This document shows, in pieces, positions 37,130 through 51,125 of a stretch of 64,000 nucleotides of DNA (positions are counted from its first letter, which is position 1; each line of letters starts with the position of its first letter). The DNA is from Nageia nagi. Taxonomy: Eukaryota; Plantae; Pinophyta. Both the position numbers and the translations under genes were made by a program. The notes below the pieces were generated by a model. That model was not told the origin of the DNA, searched no databases, and was given only the letters and a program-made list of their open reading frames with translations. The stretch is taken from positions 103,044,001-103,108,000 of the forward strand of contig JBITNC010000001.1 of assembly GCA_050084985.1 (NCBI GenBank), given 5' to 3'.

Positions 37130-40100
37130 TGTAACGACCCACCCAATTTCACTATTAAGACTCGAGAATTATCGAAGATTCAAATGAAATTAAATTTGAA
37201 TTATGCTATGTGATGATAAATTTTAAATAGCGATAGATTTTATTTATGTTGGTTTGATGTTGGCTTTGAGATGTTTTGACATAGGTCACATGTTAAATTG
37301 ATATGGAAAGGAAAATATGAAAAAGATCTAAGGAACCAAGGGTGAATTGGTGATAGGAATGGAAGGGTAAGAGTGAGGAACTGATTGATGTTGGTTCGCT
37401 AACAAAAACCCTAATGACTATTATAGATCATATAGTTGCATTGCATAATTAGGAAGTATGATTTTTGATTTCAATGATGAATGTGTGTGTGTGCATTAAT
37501 GAATTTACCATGCAGGATGAAAGGATCATTGTAGGTAAAATGATTGTTAAAATTTTGCAATATATTTTTGAAACTATTTTGAAAAGGGTAAGGAATATTC
37601 TCTTCTTTTGAATTTAAATGTTTACTTATAGTTGTTAATAAAATAGGATGAGATTTAAAAAATGATAGTTAAAAAGGACTAATGTCATTTTGTGGATGTT
37701 ATAAGGTATTTTGGTAGTTTATGAAAATAATTCAGATATGGCCTTACTTATTTTGTTTTCTTATGTTAGATTTGGAAAATAATTAACCTTAATTTATCAA
37801 TTAATATAAAAAAATCTAAAATATTTAATACCACTACACTTATCAACAACTTTAATGAGACCTACTACAAAAATTATTGAAAGGATGAGTAGATGTTTAT
37901 TTGGACATATTTGAGCCTCCTTGACTATAAATAAGATAGGAACTTTAGGAGAATTCATTACTTTTTTCATTTTTCAGTAGCTTTGGTTTAAGAGCCCATG
38001 GAGAAAATAAACCTCTTCCCTCTCTCAAGCTTAGGTTTTATCATTTTATTTTATATTTTAATGCTATGGATTCATATAGTATTATTAATAAATTTTGAAA
38101 GGAAAAAATGCTTAATGTAGGAGTATGAATATGGTATTATATATAAATGTTCTTAAAAGGCTTTTGATGAAGAGATGTGTTATTTGTCTTATTTGGATAT
38201 ATGCATATGAAGCTTGTTCCTAGATAAAGGGGGTGTAATTTATTAATCTCTTTTTAGAGTGTACTATTTAGGAAACATTGGAGTACATTAGTTGTGTGAT
38301 GAGACATCATATTGTAGTTTGGTTGAAATGATTATCCCACTCCATAATTGCTCTCAGGAATCTACTTGTCTTGGGAGTCTTCCTTTATCCTTATTTTTCT
38401 CTCTTCAATCTTTTTCCCTTTTGTAATAATATCTAGATAATTACATTCCATGAGATTAAATTTGTTTGTGTGTAGTATGCAAGCATTGCAATTCATGAAA
38501 TATTGTTTGAATTATGTATTTTTATAAACCATTCCCAAGCTTTGTATATTCTTCCACATTCGACATACATGGCTATTTGGGCACTCACAACCATAATATT
38601 TAATTTATAACTATTTTCAACTAGTCTTTGATGAGTCTCCTTACCTTCATTGAGAGCTTCTCTGATGGCATATGCTGGAAAAGTGTTGGCAAAGGTTTCA
38701 GAGTTTGGATTCACTTTTGAGCATTGCATGCTCTTTCAAAAAACCTATTTTGTGCTTATCCTATCATCATTGTAGTCTATGAACTAGTTTGCAACATGCC
38801 TAACAAATCCCGAGCCTTGTGTTATCTCATGTTTTGCTTTCATAGCCACAATATACGATGAGAAACCATTTTCAACTACATTTTGATAGATTTCCATACC
38901 ACCTTCTCAAGCTCCCATGATGGCACATGTCGAAAAAATGTTGACAATGATTTCAGAGTCTAGATTTATGCCTAACCTTTGCATCCTCTTAAATACCTCT
39001 AAACCTTCTTATAAAACCTATATTGTGTGATTAAGGCATTCAAAACCATAATATACAATAAGAAACCATTTCAACTACTCTTTGATGGATCTCCATACCT
39101 TCTTCTCAAGTTCTTACAATGGTACATGTCGAAAGAATGCTGGAAAACATTATAGAGTTTGGCTTTACATTTGATAGATGCATTGGCTTAAACACCTCTA
39201 TAATCCATTTTGAAAACCATTATTGTATCTAATCTACCATCATCATGCTATTGAATGATCATTTACACCTTGAGGAGGCATTTCTCTATCCCTTATCATA
39301 CGATTCCTCTCTCTTTGCATCTCATTAGCACTTACATTATGAGACTCGCATGGGAGCTTTAAGACACTTTGTGGTTACACACTATCTTGCTAAAGGAGGA
39401 TGGAATAGATTCTATGGCACAACATCATGTTATTAATGAGTGATGTTGAGGAATTTGATGGTGACCATGATATCATTAATCCTAATTATCTTCTATCAAC
39501 AGTGAGTACCTAGTGGAGTTCTATGATATAATGCTTATTGTAGGATGTTATAATAATGTGCAATAAGAGGGATATTAAGGTTAAATGAAATTTATATGAT
39601 GAAATATTAATTGAATAGATATTATGGTGTGCATATATTTCATTAAATTATATAAAAATTAAAATGGTAACAAAATTAACCTTGGAAGATAGTACAATGT
39701 GGTCATGTGTATTGATTTGATCTTAAGATTTTATTTTTATCATATGACCAAGGAAGAGAGGTAGCCCTAGAAAAAAGCATAAAATCTAATTGAGATCTAT
39801 AAAAGGATTTTTAAATGAATGAAAATAATGTAGATAACATTATTTGCATCATGGTCAAATATGAAATGGGATTGTCCTGATCCTTAAACTCCAATCCTTT
39901 CCTATCATCTTGATCCTTGGAAAGAAGCTCGAAGATGAAGAATCTACACCAAAGAGAAGATGCGTTGCAGACTCTTTAGATCATTTGATGTATTTACCAT
40001 ATTTAAATTTGTAAGGAACCCTCTTGTAAATGATAAGGGTTATCCTCATTTATGTACTTAAATATTATCATTTTATGGAATGCAAGTTGGGTAAGGTTTT

Positions 40101-41878
40101 GATTAAATGGGTTTTGTAATTAGACCTCTTAATACTAAAGTAAGAAATCCAAATATAATGGAGGTAGTTAATGTGAAATGTGAATTAATATAGATTTAAG
40201 GGAACAATTAAATGATCAACCATAGTATCCTTACAATGCAAAAAATTATGAACAACTTTGGATTCCTAGTCTTTAATTATGATTAAAAGTAGATATTGAT
40301 ACATCTTAGTAATATTATAAGGGATTAAAGTTAAATTAACTATATAGGTTGCTATTAAACCTAATTGTTTGTATAGGGAATAAGAATTTAATACTTGGTA
40401 AATTAAAACCTAACAAGGTAACCCTAATGTCCTTAGGACACACAAATATGGTTCTCTTTGAGGAAGAAAGGGTTGTTGAATCTTAAAAATTATCAAATCT
40501 CAATAGGAATCGAGATTGAATCAAATGGGATTAGTTTTAAATAGTGAGTTAATTGGCAAAAGAAAATCTTGTATTAATAATGGTGATAATCTTGTATTAA
40601 TAATGGTGATATTACTAAGGTTTATCAATCAATCCTAGAGGTGTATCAAATCACAAATACAAATTGACCTTAGAGTATAATATATAAGAGATAAAAGTGA
40701 AAGATAAACTCGACAACAACCTAGATGAAAGAGTAACCCTATAGGAATCAATTTGAACAAAAAGGGAACTTTTGGATGAATTAAGCAATGAATATGATGT
40801 TAAATATTCAGGCTAAATGAAAATCCAAAAGAATATACCTTGAGTAAGGACCACTTCACATTGCACTTTCTTTATAGAAGTAGTGGACTTTAATGTCATC
40901 TCAAGGCATGTTACTAAATACTAGTATGAGAACTTTTATAAAGTAGTATTAATTACGCAATACCATGCATATGTACTTCCAAATATCTTATGTCACTTCC
41001 TAACTAATTTATTTTGAGTCTTCTTGCATACGCTTTGCTTATTAATTTTAAACATGAAGTATGATTTGTTTTAATAGCTCATGCATAGTATGAACATGGA
41101 ACTTAGATTCCTATTAATTGATTTGGGATCAGTTATTTTAAGTTTGTTAGGTCATGGATGATTTTTATTTTATAGTCTTGCTTAAAATTAATTATACTAT
41201 ACAAATCACTCAAGGGTATTGCTTCGATACCCATGGCTCCATAAGATATGGGCACATGGATGTCGGATTCCATGGTAAGCTTAACCAATAAATATAGGAA
41301 GGCTATTGTCTCATATTCTCGATAGTGTGTCAAATGAGAATAATAGTTGATAAAAATATGGTTAATGGGTGAAGGTAATTTAGTAGTCATAGTACTTGCA
41401 GTTTAGCACATAAGAGTATGTTGACTGTTCCATAAGTGATGATGTTATCCGATCATAAGAAAGTTTCTTAGAATAAACTATCTGGTCTTATGAGTTAGAG
41501 GGTTATCATTGGGTGAGGATACGTAACCTAGTGGATATGTGTTCTCTTGGGTGATATGGCCCCGAGTAGGAAACCACTACATTGTGTCCAAAATGGTTGC
41601 TAAACATTTCATGAAGTGAAAATGGTGGGGTCACATATGAGACATGTCCTCAATGGGATGAGCATTGTGGAGTGAACACCATAAGAGATTTAATTAGGGT
41701 TGGATAATCCAAACTTTACCCAATATTTTCATGTGGGTTCTGACTAGATAGTAGCATTGACAAGCTCATGTGGATCGCCTTGATCCATTTCTATATCTTT
41801 TGAGTGTTTAAATTAATAAAAAAAATTAGGTTTAAAATTTTAGGGTTTTGGATGTCAAGAATAGGTGGATGCATTACA
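37130..41878 (+). mobile_element. Large solo LTR (4.75 kb), family C copy 1, with PPR cargo
   Basis: TGTAACGACCC...GGATGCATTACA; TSD CATTG/CATGG; CTATAAATA at ~37925. Homologous to 51126-55621 and 61395 onward. Confidence 0.88.
38470..39250 (-). pseudogene. Captured PLS-type PPR gene fragment inside the LTR
   Basis: MQCSKVNPNSETFANTFPAYA..EALNEGKETHQRLVE...VVSAQIAMYVECGRIYKAWEWF...NNIS; further decayed repeats follow. Confidence 0.85.
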
Positions 41879-42357
41879 CATGGAACTCCTAAATATTTAT
41901 CTTTGAAATATTTCTTATGTATATTACTTGCAATTGTTCTTATATGTCTTTGAGGTATAAACCTATCTTCGAGAAACTTATGTAAGATATTATCTTCCAT
42001 TAAAAAAATGTTATCATTATCTTTCAAAGGTGGATATGAAGACACACCTAATGGATTCATTTCAAAAGGTGGATTGGAAGACATACACGATGGATTTGTA
42101 TTGATAAGTGGATCCAAAGCTTCTACAATCATAGTATCCTCTTCCACATGTGCATCATATACATTCATTTCTTGAATGTTCTCCTCCTTAATATTCTTTG
42201 GATCAATTGTTGCAAAACTTGATGCTTTCACATCCCTCAATTGTCTCAAATATGCTCTTCTCTCTCTTTTTTACTATGCATCCTTCTCTTTATATGCTTA
42301 TTATTATTTAGGAGTAAAGTTCCTTGAATCTTTCCTTGACATTTTTTTGATCCCATG
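41879..42357 (-). pseudogene. Sola2-like transposase, N-terminal part
   Basis: ORF 41791-42249 and upstream MGSKKMSRK. Joins ...YLGVPC|QLMSQLMR across the CATTG/CATGG TSD. Confidence 0.6.
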
Positions 42358-43347
42358 ACCTCCTTTCAAAATTAATGTTGCTTCGAAATTATTATAATTG
42401 TAAAAAATGAAAAAAAGTTGCAAAAAGAAGAGAAAATTGCAGAATTAGGTTGCATAAGTCTGTACAAGATTGTTGGATATAATAAAAAATAAAAAATACT
42501 TTTATATGAATATTTTATTATATATGGTTCGGGATCCTAACCCTTAGGATCCTGGTCTTCAAATTCAAATTTTCACCTACCTTTTTTCCTTGTTTTTAGG
42601 CTCAGAAATAGCTTCGATGACCCACCCGTTTGCTTTGGAATTGCAACTTCAAGGTTCTAATAATGGAAATGGGATTTTCCAACTTCAAGAATGCATTTGA
42701 TGAAGCTAGATGAGAGAGTGGAGATTTCAAATATTCTCTTTGTTTTACAATTGGATTAGATTTAGTATTTTTAATATAATTTGCAATGAAAGAGGGTCCA
42801 TAAAATTTAAAAAGTAGGGTTTCATAATTATTTAATAGTTTTTTATGTTTTGGAAATTATGAAAAAAATTCCACTATGCATTTAATTCTCTACAACATTT
42901 TTTTTAAAAAATGATAGGTTTAGGTCAAATTATGCTTGAGGGACACTATCAATTTTTGAAATGATAATTGGGGCCAATAAAATATTAATAAAAAAATTAC
43001 AAAAAAATATCCTCCATAATATTTAATGTCTTAGGTATCAATTTATAAAAGGATTTAGCACAATATTAAAATTTAGGTCCAATTATGTGTGAAGGACATG
43101 ATGGGGTATAGTCTCCAAATTGAATTTTTTAAAGAGTGGGGTTTGAACATGTCTGTTGGAAATTTATTTCTATTATTTGGGTATTGGAATAAATTACATA
43201 TTTGAAAATTAGACTTTGAGTACTACATTTTTACCTAATTAACTTTCTTCATGATTCAAACTCTAAGTGGTTCAAATTTTGAGATCAATTGTGACAAAAT
43301 GTGAAAATCAAGGAAAACACTCACTTTTTGGGCCAAAAGTGGGACTC

Positions 43348-44400
43348 AACTTCTTGCAATTACCCATGATGATGATAATGAGTTTGGTGACAAATACAAC
43401 ATCCACTGGGACCTCATTGATCAACGATGGTGCAATATGTTGTACCATCCTATTAATGGAGCAGGGACCATCTTGAACCCTAGCTTGTTCTTTGCATTAA
43501 ACTCTTAGTATATGACTGATAAAGAGGATAACATAATGCAAATCTATTATAATGAGTAATTCCAACACTTGTACTAAAATATTCAAGGACCTTTATAAGT
43601 ACAATAAATCAAGAGGGCTCTTTGGTTTTTATGCTGCTAAATAGTCATATTTTTTGCTCCCTGCATGTGAGGAAAGTTCAAAGTTCATTATGTTATTTTT
43701 TTATAGTTTATAATTTTAAGTTTATACATTTATACCTTTACCAATTTAATGTTTTATGATTTTATTCATTACTTTGTATTTTAGAAATATGGTGGATGAA
43801 ATTTTGGGGTAAGGTACCTAATTTACAAAGATTTTTTGTTAACATCCGTAGTCAAACATGTAGCACTTCAAGATGTGAGCGTAATTAGAGTGCATTTGTA
43901 AAAATACAGTCTAAGAAGCACAACAAGTTAGCATATTGATTCATTTATATTTTTATTCTTTTCAACTTTTAATATTCAATGGACATTTCTTACATATTTC
44001 TCATTATGATAAAATTTGCTTAATGTTATTAGGTTGACAACATAATGCTTGAATGATATTGTGTATATCTATGTCAAGCTATGATTGTATGTGACATAAA
44101 TCCAAAAGAAGGATGATGATGAGCCTATTTAATTTTCTTCCATTGATCCCTCATTTAGTGATGCACCACCATGTGACATGGTGGAAGATCAATAAGACTA
44201 GTAACATGAAAATTTTCAACCTGAATGGCTTGAATTGGAGGAAGAGATAGATACAATTGTAGGTATGGTGGAGAAGGATGTGACATTAGTTTCCACTATG
44301 CAGTTTAAGGATCATGATCCCCATCCATTTTCTCATGTTATGGACTTTGGTGTTGGACCTCAACCCAAGTTTGAGATTGACCCTAACATTGAGACTAAGC
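43348..44400 (+). pseudogene. hAT transposase, C-terminal part (dimerisation domain)
   Basis: HWDLIDQRWCNMLYHPINGAGTILNP; WWMKFWGKVPNLQ...SQTCSTSRCERN; LNDIVY; two short GT-AG introns. Confidence 0.85.
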
Positions 44401-45328
44401 TCGATGATGACAAGTCACTTGTTTGGTAGAAATGATAGAGGCCCAGGTTACACTAGTATTGTATGATTTCCTCCTTGTATTAATACTACTATGAGAGCAC
44501 CTTCTCATGCTACACCTACTAGTAGAGTAGGTGGAAATGGTACTAGTGGTTGATTGACTAGTATAAGGGCTAGAGCCTTGAGCCATCCACATTGATGCTT
44601 TGATTCTTAACATTGTATTTAGTTATTTAGTATTTTTTGGTACTTGGCACTTAGTTGTAGTATGAGATAGTACACTTATGATGTATGAATTTAGTAGACA
44701 TTTGACATACATTTGTACATGACTTTTATTTTCATATATCAATGTTATGATTTATGAACATGAATAACAATCTACTATCATTTCTTTAAATATTATGTCA
44801 TAAATATTTTGGTAGATGATATGGCCCATGTGAGAATGATTAAATTATTATTGAAAATTAGATAAGCATATTCTATAGAAAAATATAAAAAATTTGTTGT
44901 TTTTTTAATATACCACATATTTTTCTTGAATTTACCATCTTTTTTCATATTTGATCCAAATTTGCAATTTTTTTGTGAAAATGTTTTTCAAAATTTTCCA
45001 TTTCTTTCTTCAATTTTTATTTTTTTCATAAATTTTAGTCAAATTTGATATATCATGTGCCACAAAATTTTCCTTGTATTTACCAAATTTTTTTTCAAGT
45101 TTTTGTCAAATTTTAGAATTTGGCCTTAAGGTCGTATTTTCTAAATGTCATATTTGTAAACTATGTTTAATTCCTATTTTGATTTGGGTATCAATATAAT
45201 TAGAGATGATGATAGAAAAGATAGTGAAAGAAGTTTAAAGGAAGAGTAAAAAGGGAAAAAATGAACGATGAGACTTTCGCTTAAGGTAATTCAATATTGT
45301 TGGTTTGATGATGCATAGAAAAAGATGG

Positions 45329-45948
45329 TGTAGACCCAAAATAATGCATATAATTGTTTATGAGGGTTAATTAATGCCCTATTGGTCTACTTGTTTCTTA
45401 TTGTTGCATATATCTAAAATATGAAAATAAAAAATAACAAAAAGATTCTTGTGTTTGATTAGATCGCATGTTCATTCCATCAAGAGAAACATACATGAAA
45501 GACAAGCATACATTCATTCAATTGCATGCCATTGGTATCTTATATTAGGTATGCTGCTAGTAGCTTAAAATAAGCAATATAACAGATGCAATAAAGAATG
45601 TAACAATGAGTGAATAAAAGAATCATCAGATAGCAAACATAAGATATAACTTACAAATAATATTTTCACATACCAGAGTGATGTATCATGTGCTAGAATC
45701 TTTCAAGGATCCTCCTCATATTCGTTTGCCTGTGACCTCCTCCAGAGATGATCTCCTCCTTTGGTTGCTTTTGATTTTATTTTATAACAACGCTTCTATT
45801 ACAAGATTTGACCCCTAGATTATAATATAATGGTCCATTACATGAATTACATAGTTTTGGGTATTTTCAATGCCTTTTTACATAATACATCATTGAGGCT
45901 CTAAAATGAATTATTTAATAAATAATAGTTCATTTTTAGGCATCTACA
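45329..45948 (-). mobile_element. Solo LTR (620 bp) related to the LTRs at 26904/35176
   Basis: TGTAGAC...CATCTACA; perfect TSD GATGG. Reverse complement starts TGTAGATGCCTAAAAATGA, like 26904. Confidence 0.88.
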
Positions 45949-46497
45949 GATGGAGTTAATATTTCTATAGTTCCTATGATCAATGAAAGACCTCATTAAA
46001 CCTTGCAAAAATGTCTACAAGCTCAATCTAAGAATATTGGATAGATGGATATTTATAGTGATAAGATTTAATTATTTCCAAATTTAAAATTCAATTTGAA
46101 TAGATATATAATGCATTCAAATTTTTATGCTTGTAAAACAAAAGATATTAATGTTCTTCTTTGTGAAAAATGGTTAGAAATGTTTGGAACTATCATTCTC
46201 AATATACATAAAAATTCTATGGATATTTAGAATAAGAAAATGAGGACTACATTATATGGTATTTCTAAGAAGCAATACAAATCAAGATTAAGAAGAAAAT
46301 AAAAGTAATGAAGAGGATCATGATAACAAATAGATAATTTCGTAAGAAGACAAATAAAATGAAAAAGAGGAGGATGATGATTCCAACGAAAGAAATTTAT
46401 CCAATCATATGAGGGGAGTTGGAGAAATAAGTGGGTGTTACAACTTTCAAGTTGAAAAAGGGAGGCCCTAGGTTCAAATATCTCTCCATTTACATGT

Positions 46498-47964
46498 TGT
46501 AGATATACAAAATTCAATCGATGATTTCTAACTAGTCTAGATGTATCTAGGTGCAACTCTCAAGTGACTTTAATTAAAGAGAACCCCATACACACAAAAT
46601 TTAATTCTATGGTTTCCCTCCCCTAAAAGAGGTAGCTTCCAACAAAAAAAAAGAATAAATTTGGATGAAGATAAAGAAAATGAATATGGTGATAGAAAAT
46701 AAAGAAATACAAATTAAAAAAAAGAAAAAAAGGGGGGAAAAAGAAAAAGAAGAGTATACGATATAGAAAAAAAGAAAAAATAGAGACATCTTAAGAAGGA
46801 TTAAGGGATATTTAACTCTAAATCTACTCAAGATTCAAAATAAAACAAGATCAAAAATCAAAGCCTACTTGTAATTCACAAGTAAATTGATATCCGTATC
46901 ATAATGCAAGGTAAAAGATATGGATACAAAAGGGAGAGAATTAAAGGATATTTGATAATATGTACATTCAACATCTATGGACCAAGAAACCTAAGATGCA
47001 ACAATTATGGATACTCAAGGCAATGTCAGAGTAATTATAGTTACCCAAAATATAAATGGATATGTAGACAAACAAACATATTTTATATAAATAATAAATA
47101 TAATTATTTATCTATGGAGTAAAAATAAAAATATGACTAACAAATATACACTTAAGTAGTGCAATATGATAATTCTCAACAAGTTAAAACACGTAAGATC
47201 TACAAACAAAGTAACACGATCCTACATTTAACATGTATATATTTTTGAAACAATAAATATGATACTTAATGATGCAGTTGTTTGATGACTTCTAACTCTT
47301 TAGATTTAGATACCAAGTCCTTTCTAAGATTCACATAAAAACTCGATAGTTTCAAGGGGATTAATGCTTGTATTAGATTTTGTAGCGTAAGGATCAAACT
47401 CAAAAATGATCAAGATCCTCCTTGTTTTTTAGAAACCTATATCAAAATTGAAATGAAAGAAGAGCTTAAAATATGCATGAAATACCTATCATAAAAGACA
47501 TGAAGGATACCAAGGTGTTGGTGGTTGAGAACAACAACATGGAACATTTCAAAAAGTTGATCAAGGTTAGCCTTATTTTAGGTATTTCTTGAGTTGTAGA
47601 AATTGCAGGAGTTATTTGGTGAGTTTAAATTCCTTACCCTTTGGTTAAAACTCTTTGATTATGCCTAAAATTGATTTGTTTGGCATAAAATTCTCTACAA
47701 TCTACCTCAATGATTTGTAATGAATTCTTTAGTGTTTTAAATTTTCAATAATGATCCTTAGTTCAAAATATTGGTGAAGAGGGGGAGCTTAAGCCTTTCC
47801 AAAGAGAGAACTTGATTATAAACAAAATTAATGATTTAAAATGAACATGCTATCTTCTTTTATACCTTGAAAAATAAATAAAAGAAGAGCATGCCAGTCA
47901 AACTTGTATTGGAATTAGGATAGTATTTATTGAATAAACAAATAATCAAAATTAAGTGTCTACA
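46498..47964 (-). mobile_element. Probable LTR of another Gypsy-like element; non-coding internal region continues to ~49380
   Basis: TGTAGATA...GTGTCTACA termini. No TSD at the right end, consistent with an attached internal region. Confidence 0.45.
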
Positions 47965-50900
47965 ATTTGCACTGTATGGAGATGTAGTGGCAAGAACCTA
48001 GACTACATTTCCAAAGTAAGGAAAGAAAAATATTACCACTTTTGAAGATAATTGAAAAGATGATGATCTTGATGAATATCATGAGTTTGAACTTTCACAT
48101 TTTTAATGTTTCTTAATGCCCCTTTTTGCTTTGAATTACTTGTGAACCTTGTGTGAATGAATGATTCAAAGAAAAAATAAACCTCCAAAAAAATGGAGAA
48201 AAGGTCTTGCAAGGTGATTAGGTATTTGGGGGGGTTTGTGCTTGTCCTAACCTTCATGGGGGATATTAGATAATATTGATAGTGACCCCTTATTAGTGAA
48301 CAAAATAAAAATAAATATGAACATCAAATACATGATTAACTATTTAATATACATGAAAGATGATAATCATAATATACCATAAAAAAAATGATGATCATAA
48401 TGAACTAAAGAAACATGCATTATAAGGCATGAGCATGAAAAAAATATCTACTAATCATGAATAATCATAGTAATCATAAATCAAAATGACAAGCTAGAAG
48501 AGAACATATACTCCATAGATTCATGATGGTCTCAATGATATCACCATGCAATGAATGCATGGAGAATCTTTTTGTTGTCATAATCACTATCTATGTGAGT
48601 ATATGAAAATGATTTAAATATGAAATGCTTATCAAATATTCGAATATGCTTTCATAATTGGATTGCCATGATGGGTATTTTAATGTCCTAATGGAAAAAA
48701 TGGATAAAAAATTATAAAATTCTTGAAATAACTTGAAAATATTGATATGGATAAAATTAATTATGATATTATGAAATTAAATTATTTTATTAAACAATTT
48801 TTACAAGAAAAACTTAATATATTTTATTTTTACTTTTTCCAATTTTTGAGTTTTCAAAAAGTTATCAGATTCAGAAGCTCAAATAAAGGTATCTTAGATG
48901 GTTTTTTTTTTAATTTTTTCTTTTGCATCCTATTCTTGAAATACAACCAATAAATAAGATGAAAAAAATAAAAAAATGAGGGAAGATAGGCATATTATGA
49001 GAGCCTTCCAAGATACCCTTATGGATAAGTCAAATGCTTGACCTAAAGCTTATATATCTTTCTTTATTTTTCTCCTTTTTATCCAATTATTTCTCTCCTT
49101 AGTTTTTTTAAAAGTATTCAACATTTATCAAACTAATTTCTAAAATTTCCTTGAATTTTAGAAAATTTTAGGAAAAAAATGATCTTTTTGACTTTAAAAT
49201 TTCTTATTTTGACATAAAAATGTCCAAAATGACCTCATGAAGTTGTGAGACAAGTCTTGATCTTTTCCTAAAGTTGATATTATTTGAAATCAGGTTCAAA
49301 TTAAATTATTCTTTTATTGCTGTAGGTCAAGGTCTATCATATTCCTATGCTTGGAAACCTCCACACTTTCCTCAATGAACTATTGGTTTTGTATCCTAAT
49401 TATTTGGTTAAGTGTCAAAAATAGCTATATGTTCCATAATCAGTACACCCATGCTTGACCAGTAGAAATAGTTGATTGGCTAGTGATCGATTGGACTTGA
49501 TTGATCAATTGACTAGCATTGATCAACATGATGATGATCAATTAAAAAAAATCAATCTAATGGTGATCAATTGCAAAATAGAGGCATAAATTATCTAAAT
49601 TTAATGCTTGATCTTGACCTTAGGTAAATTTAGTCTTGAGATCTAATGGTTACATATAATGATATTTTTCTATATAATTCTAAGCCCTCTAGTAGAGAGG
49701 TAGAATGAGAGAAAAGGAATAATTTGTAGAAATATTTGTAAGAGAAACTATATGAGATATTGTGTGAAAATCTTGTAAATTTAGAGAGGAAATTAGAATG
49801 GTTTGGTTGTAGGTTTATTCCCATCCTAGCATGGACTTATATAATACCAAGGACTGAATATTTCTCCATGGATGTAGCCCAAATTGGGTGAACCACATTA
49901 TATTTATTTTTCTCTCATATTGTGTATTTGTTTGCTAATAATATTTTTGCAATTATATTATAAGTTGAATTTCTCTAATTTATTTTTATATAATATATCC
50001 TAATAACTAGTATTAAAGCTTGGGTTTGGGTACTCGATAAAAAGGAGGGTTTCTTGTTCGAATTGGAGTAATGGCATAAGAAGGAATGTTTAGGGTTGAA
50101 CAGTTTAATGGATAAAATTTTTAACTTTGGAATATCTCTATGGAGGACTACATGTATCAGAAGGATCTTTATCTATAATTGGGTGGAAAAATAAATAAGT
50201 TGATGACTAGGTTAGATGAAGAATGGGAACTTCTAGATATAAAGGCATTGGAAACAATATGACTATCCATGGAAGCCATAATGTCCTTTAATATTTAAAA
50301 TGAAAAGTCATACAAATATCTCATGGTTAAATTTTCCAATTTATATAAAAAATACAAGATTCAAATAAGGTATTTATTATGAAGCATTTATTTAATAAGT
50401 AGATGTTAGAATATGAGTCTATTACTAATCACTGAAATGAGTTTAATATAATTACTAATAAGTTGAAATCTATTGACATAGTCTTTGATAATGAGATTAG
50501 ACCTCTTTTGATCTTGTGTTCATTTCTAGAAAGATGGAATGGCTTGGTTATGGCTATGATCAATTTTATCTTAGATTCCAATAATCTAAAGTTTGATTAT
50601 ATTGTTGGTGTTATCCTTAGTGAGGACATGCGATGGAAAAGCACAAGTGAGACATCCAGTAATATTTCAACTATTGAGAACATGGGGAGATGAAGGGAGA
50701 GATGAAAGAGTCCAAATCATGGGAAATAAGATAAAGGTAGATCCAAATCCAGAGGAAATGGTAAACTAGAATATTAGTATTATGGGAACAAAGGGTATTT
50801 GAAAAAGGATTATTGATCTCAAAAGGGAGATGACAAATACAATAATTATTAGGAAGAAAATATTGTAGGTGATGTGTCACAAAATGATTTGATTCTATAT

Positions 50901-51125
50901 TTAGGTAAGAATTTTAATTATTGTGTAATTGATTTCAAAGCTTCTTTTTATGATACATCCCATAGAAAATACTTTTTAGATTATGGTTAAGGTGATTTTG
51001 GAAAATTATTAATAGAAAATAAACAACCATGAAATATTGTTGGAATAGGAAAGATTATGATAAAATCACATAATGGAACTTAGTGGTTTCTCAAAGAGGA
51101 AAGATATTCTTAGTTTGGAGAGAAT

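Larger units (their letters stand above)
22084..45165 (+). mobile_element. hAT transposon interrupted by ~19 kb of nested elements
   Basis: TIRs CCATGTTTACAA / TTGTAAACTATG; 8-bp TSD CTTAATTC (22076-22083) / TTTAATTC (45166-45173). Transposase halves at both ends are complementary. Confidence 0.82.

Noticed and set aside
38493-38729. Functional host PPR gene
   Set aside because: Fragmentary, frameshifted and embedded in a TSD-flanked repeat.
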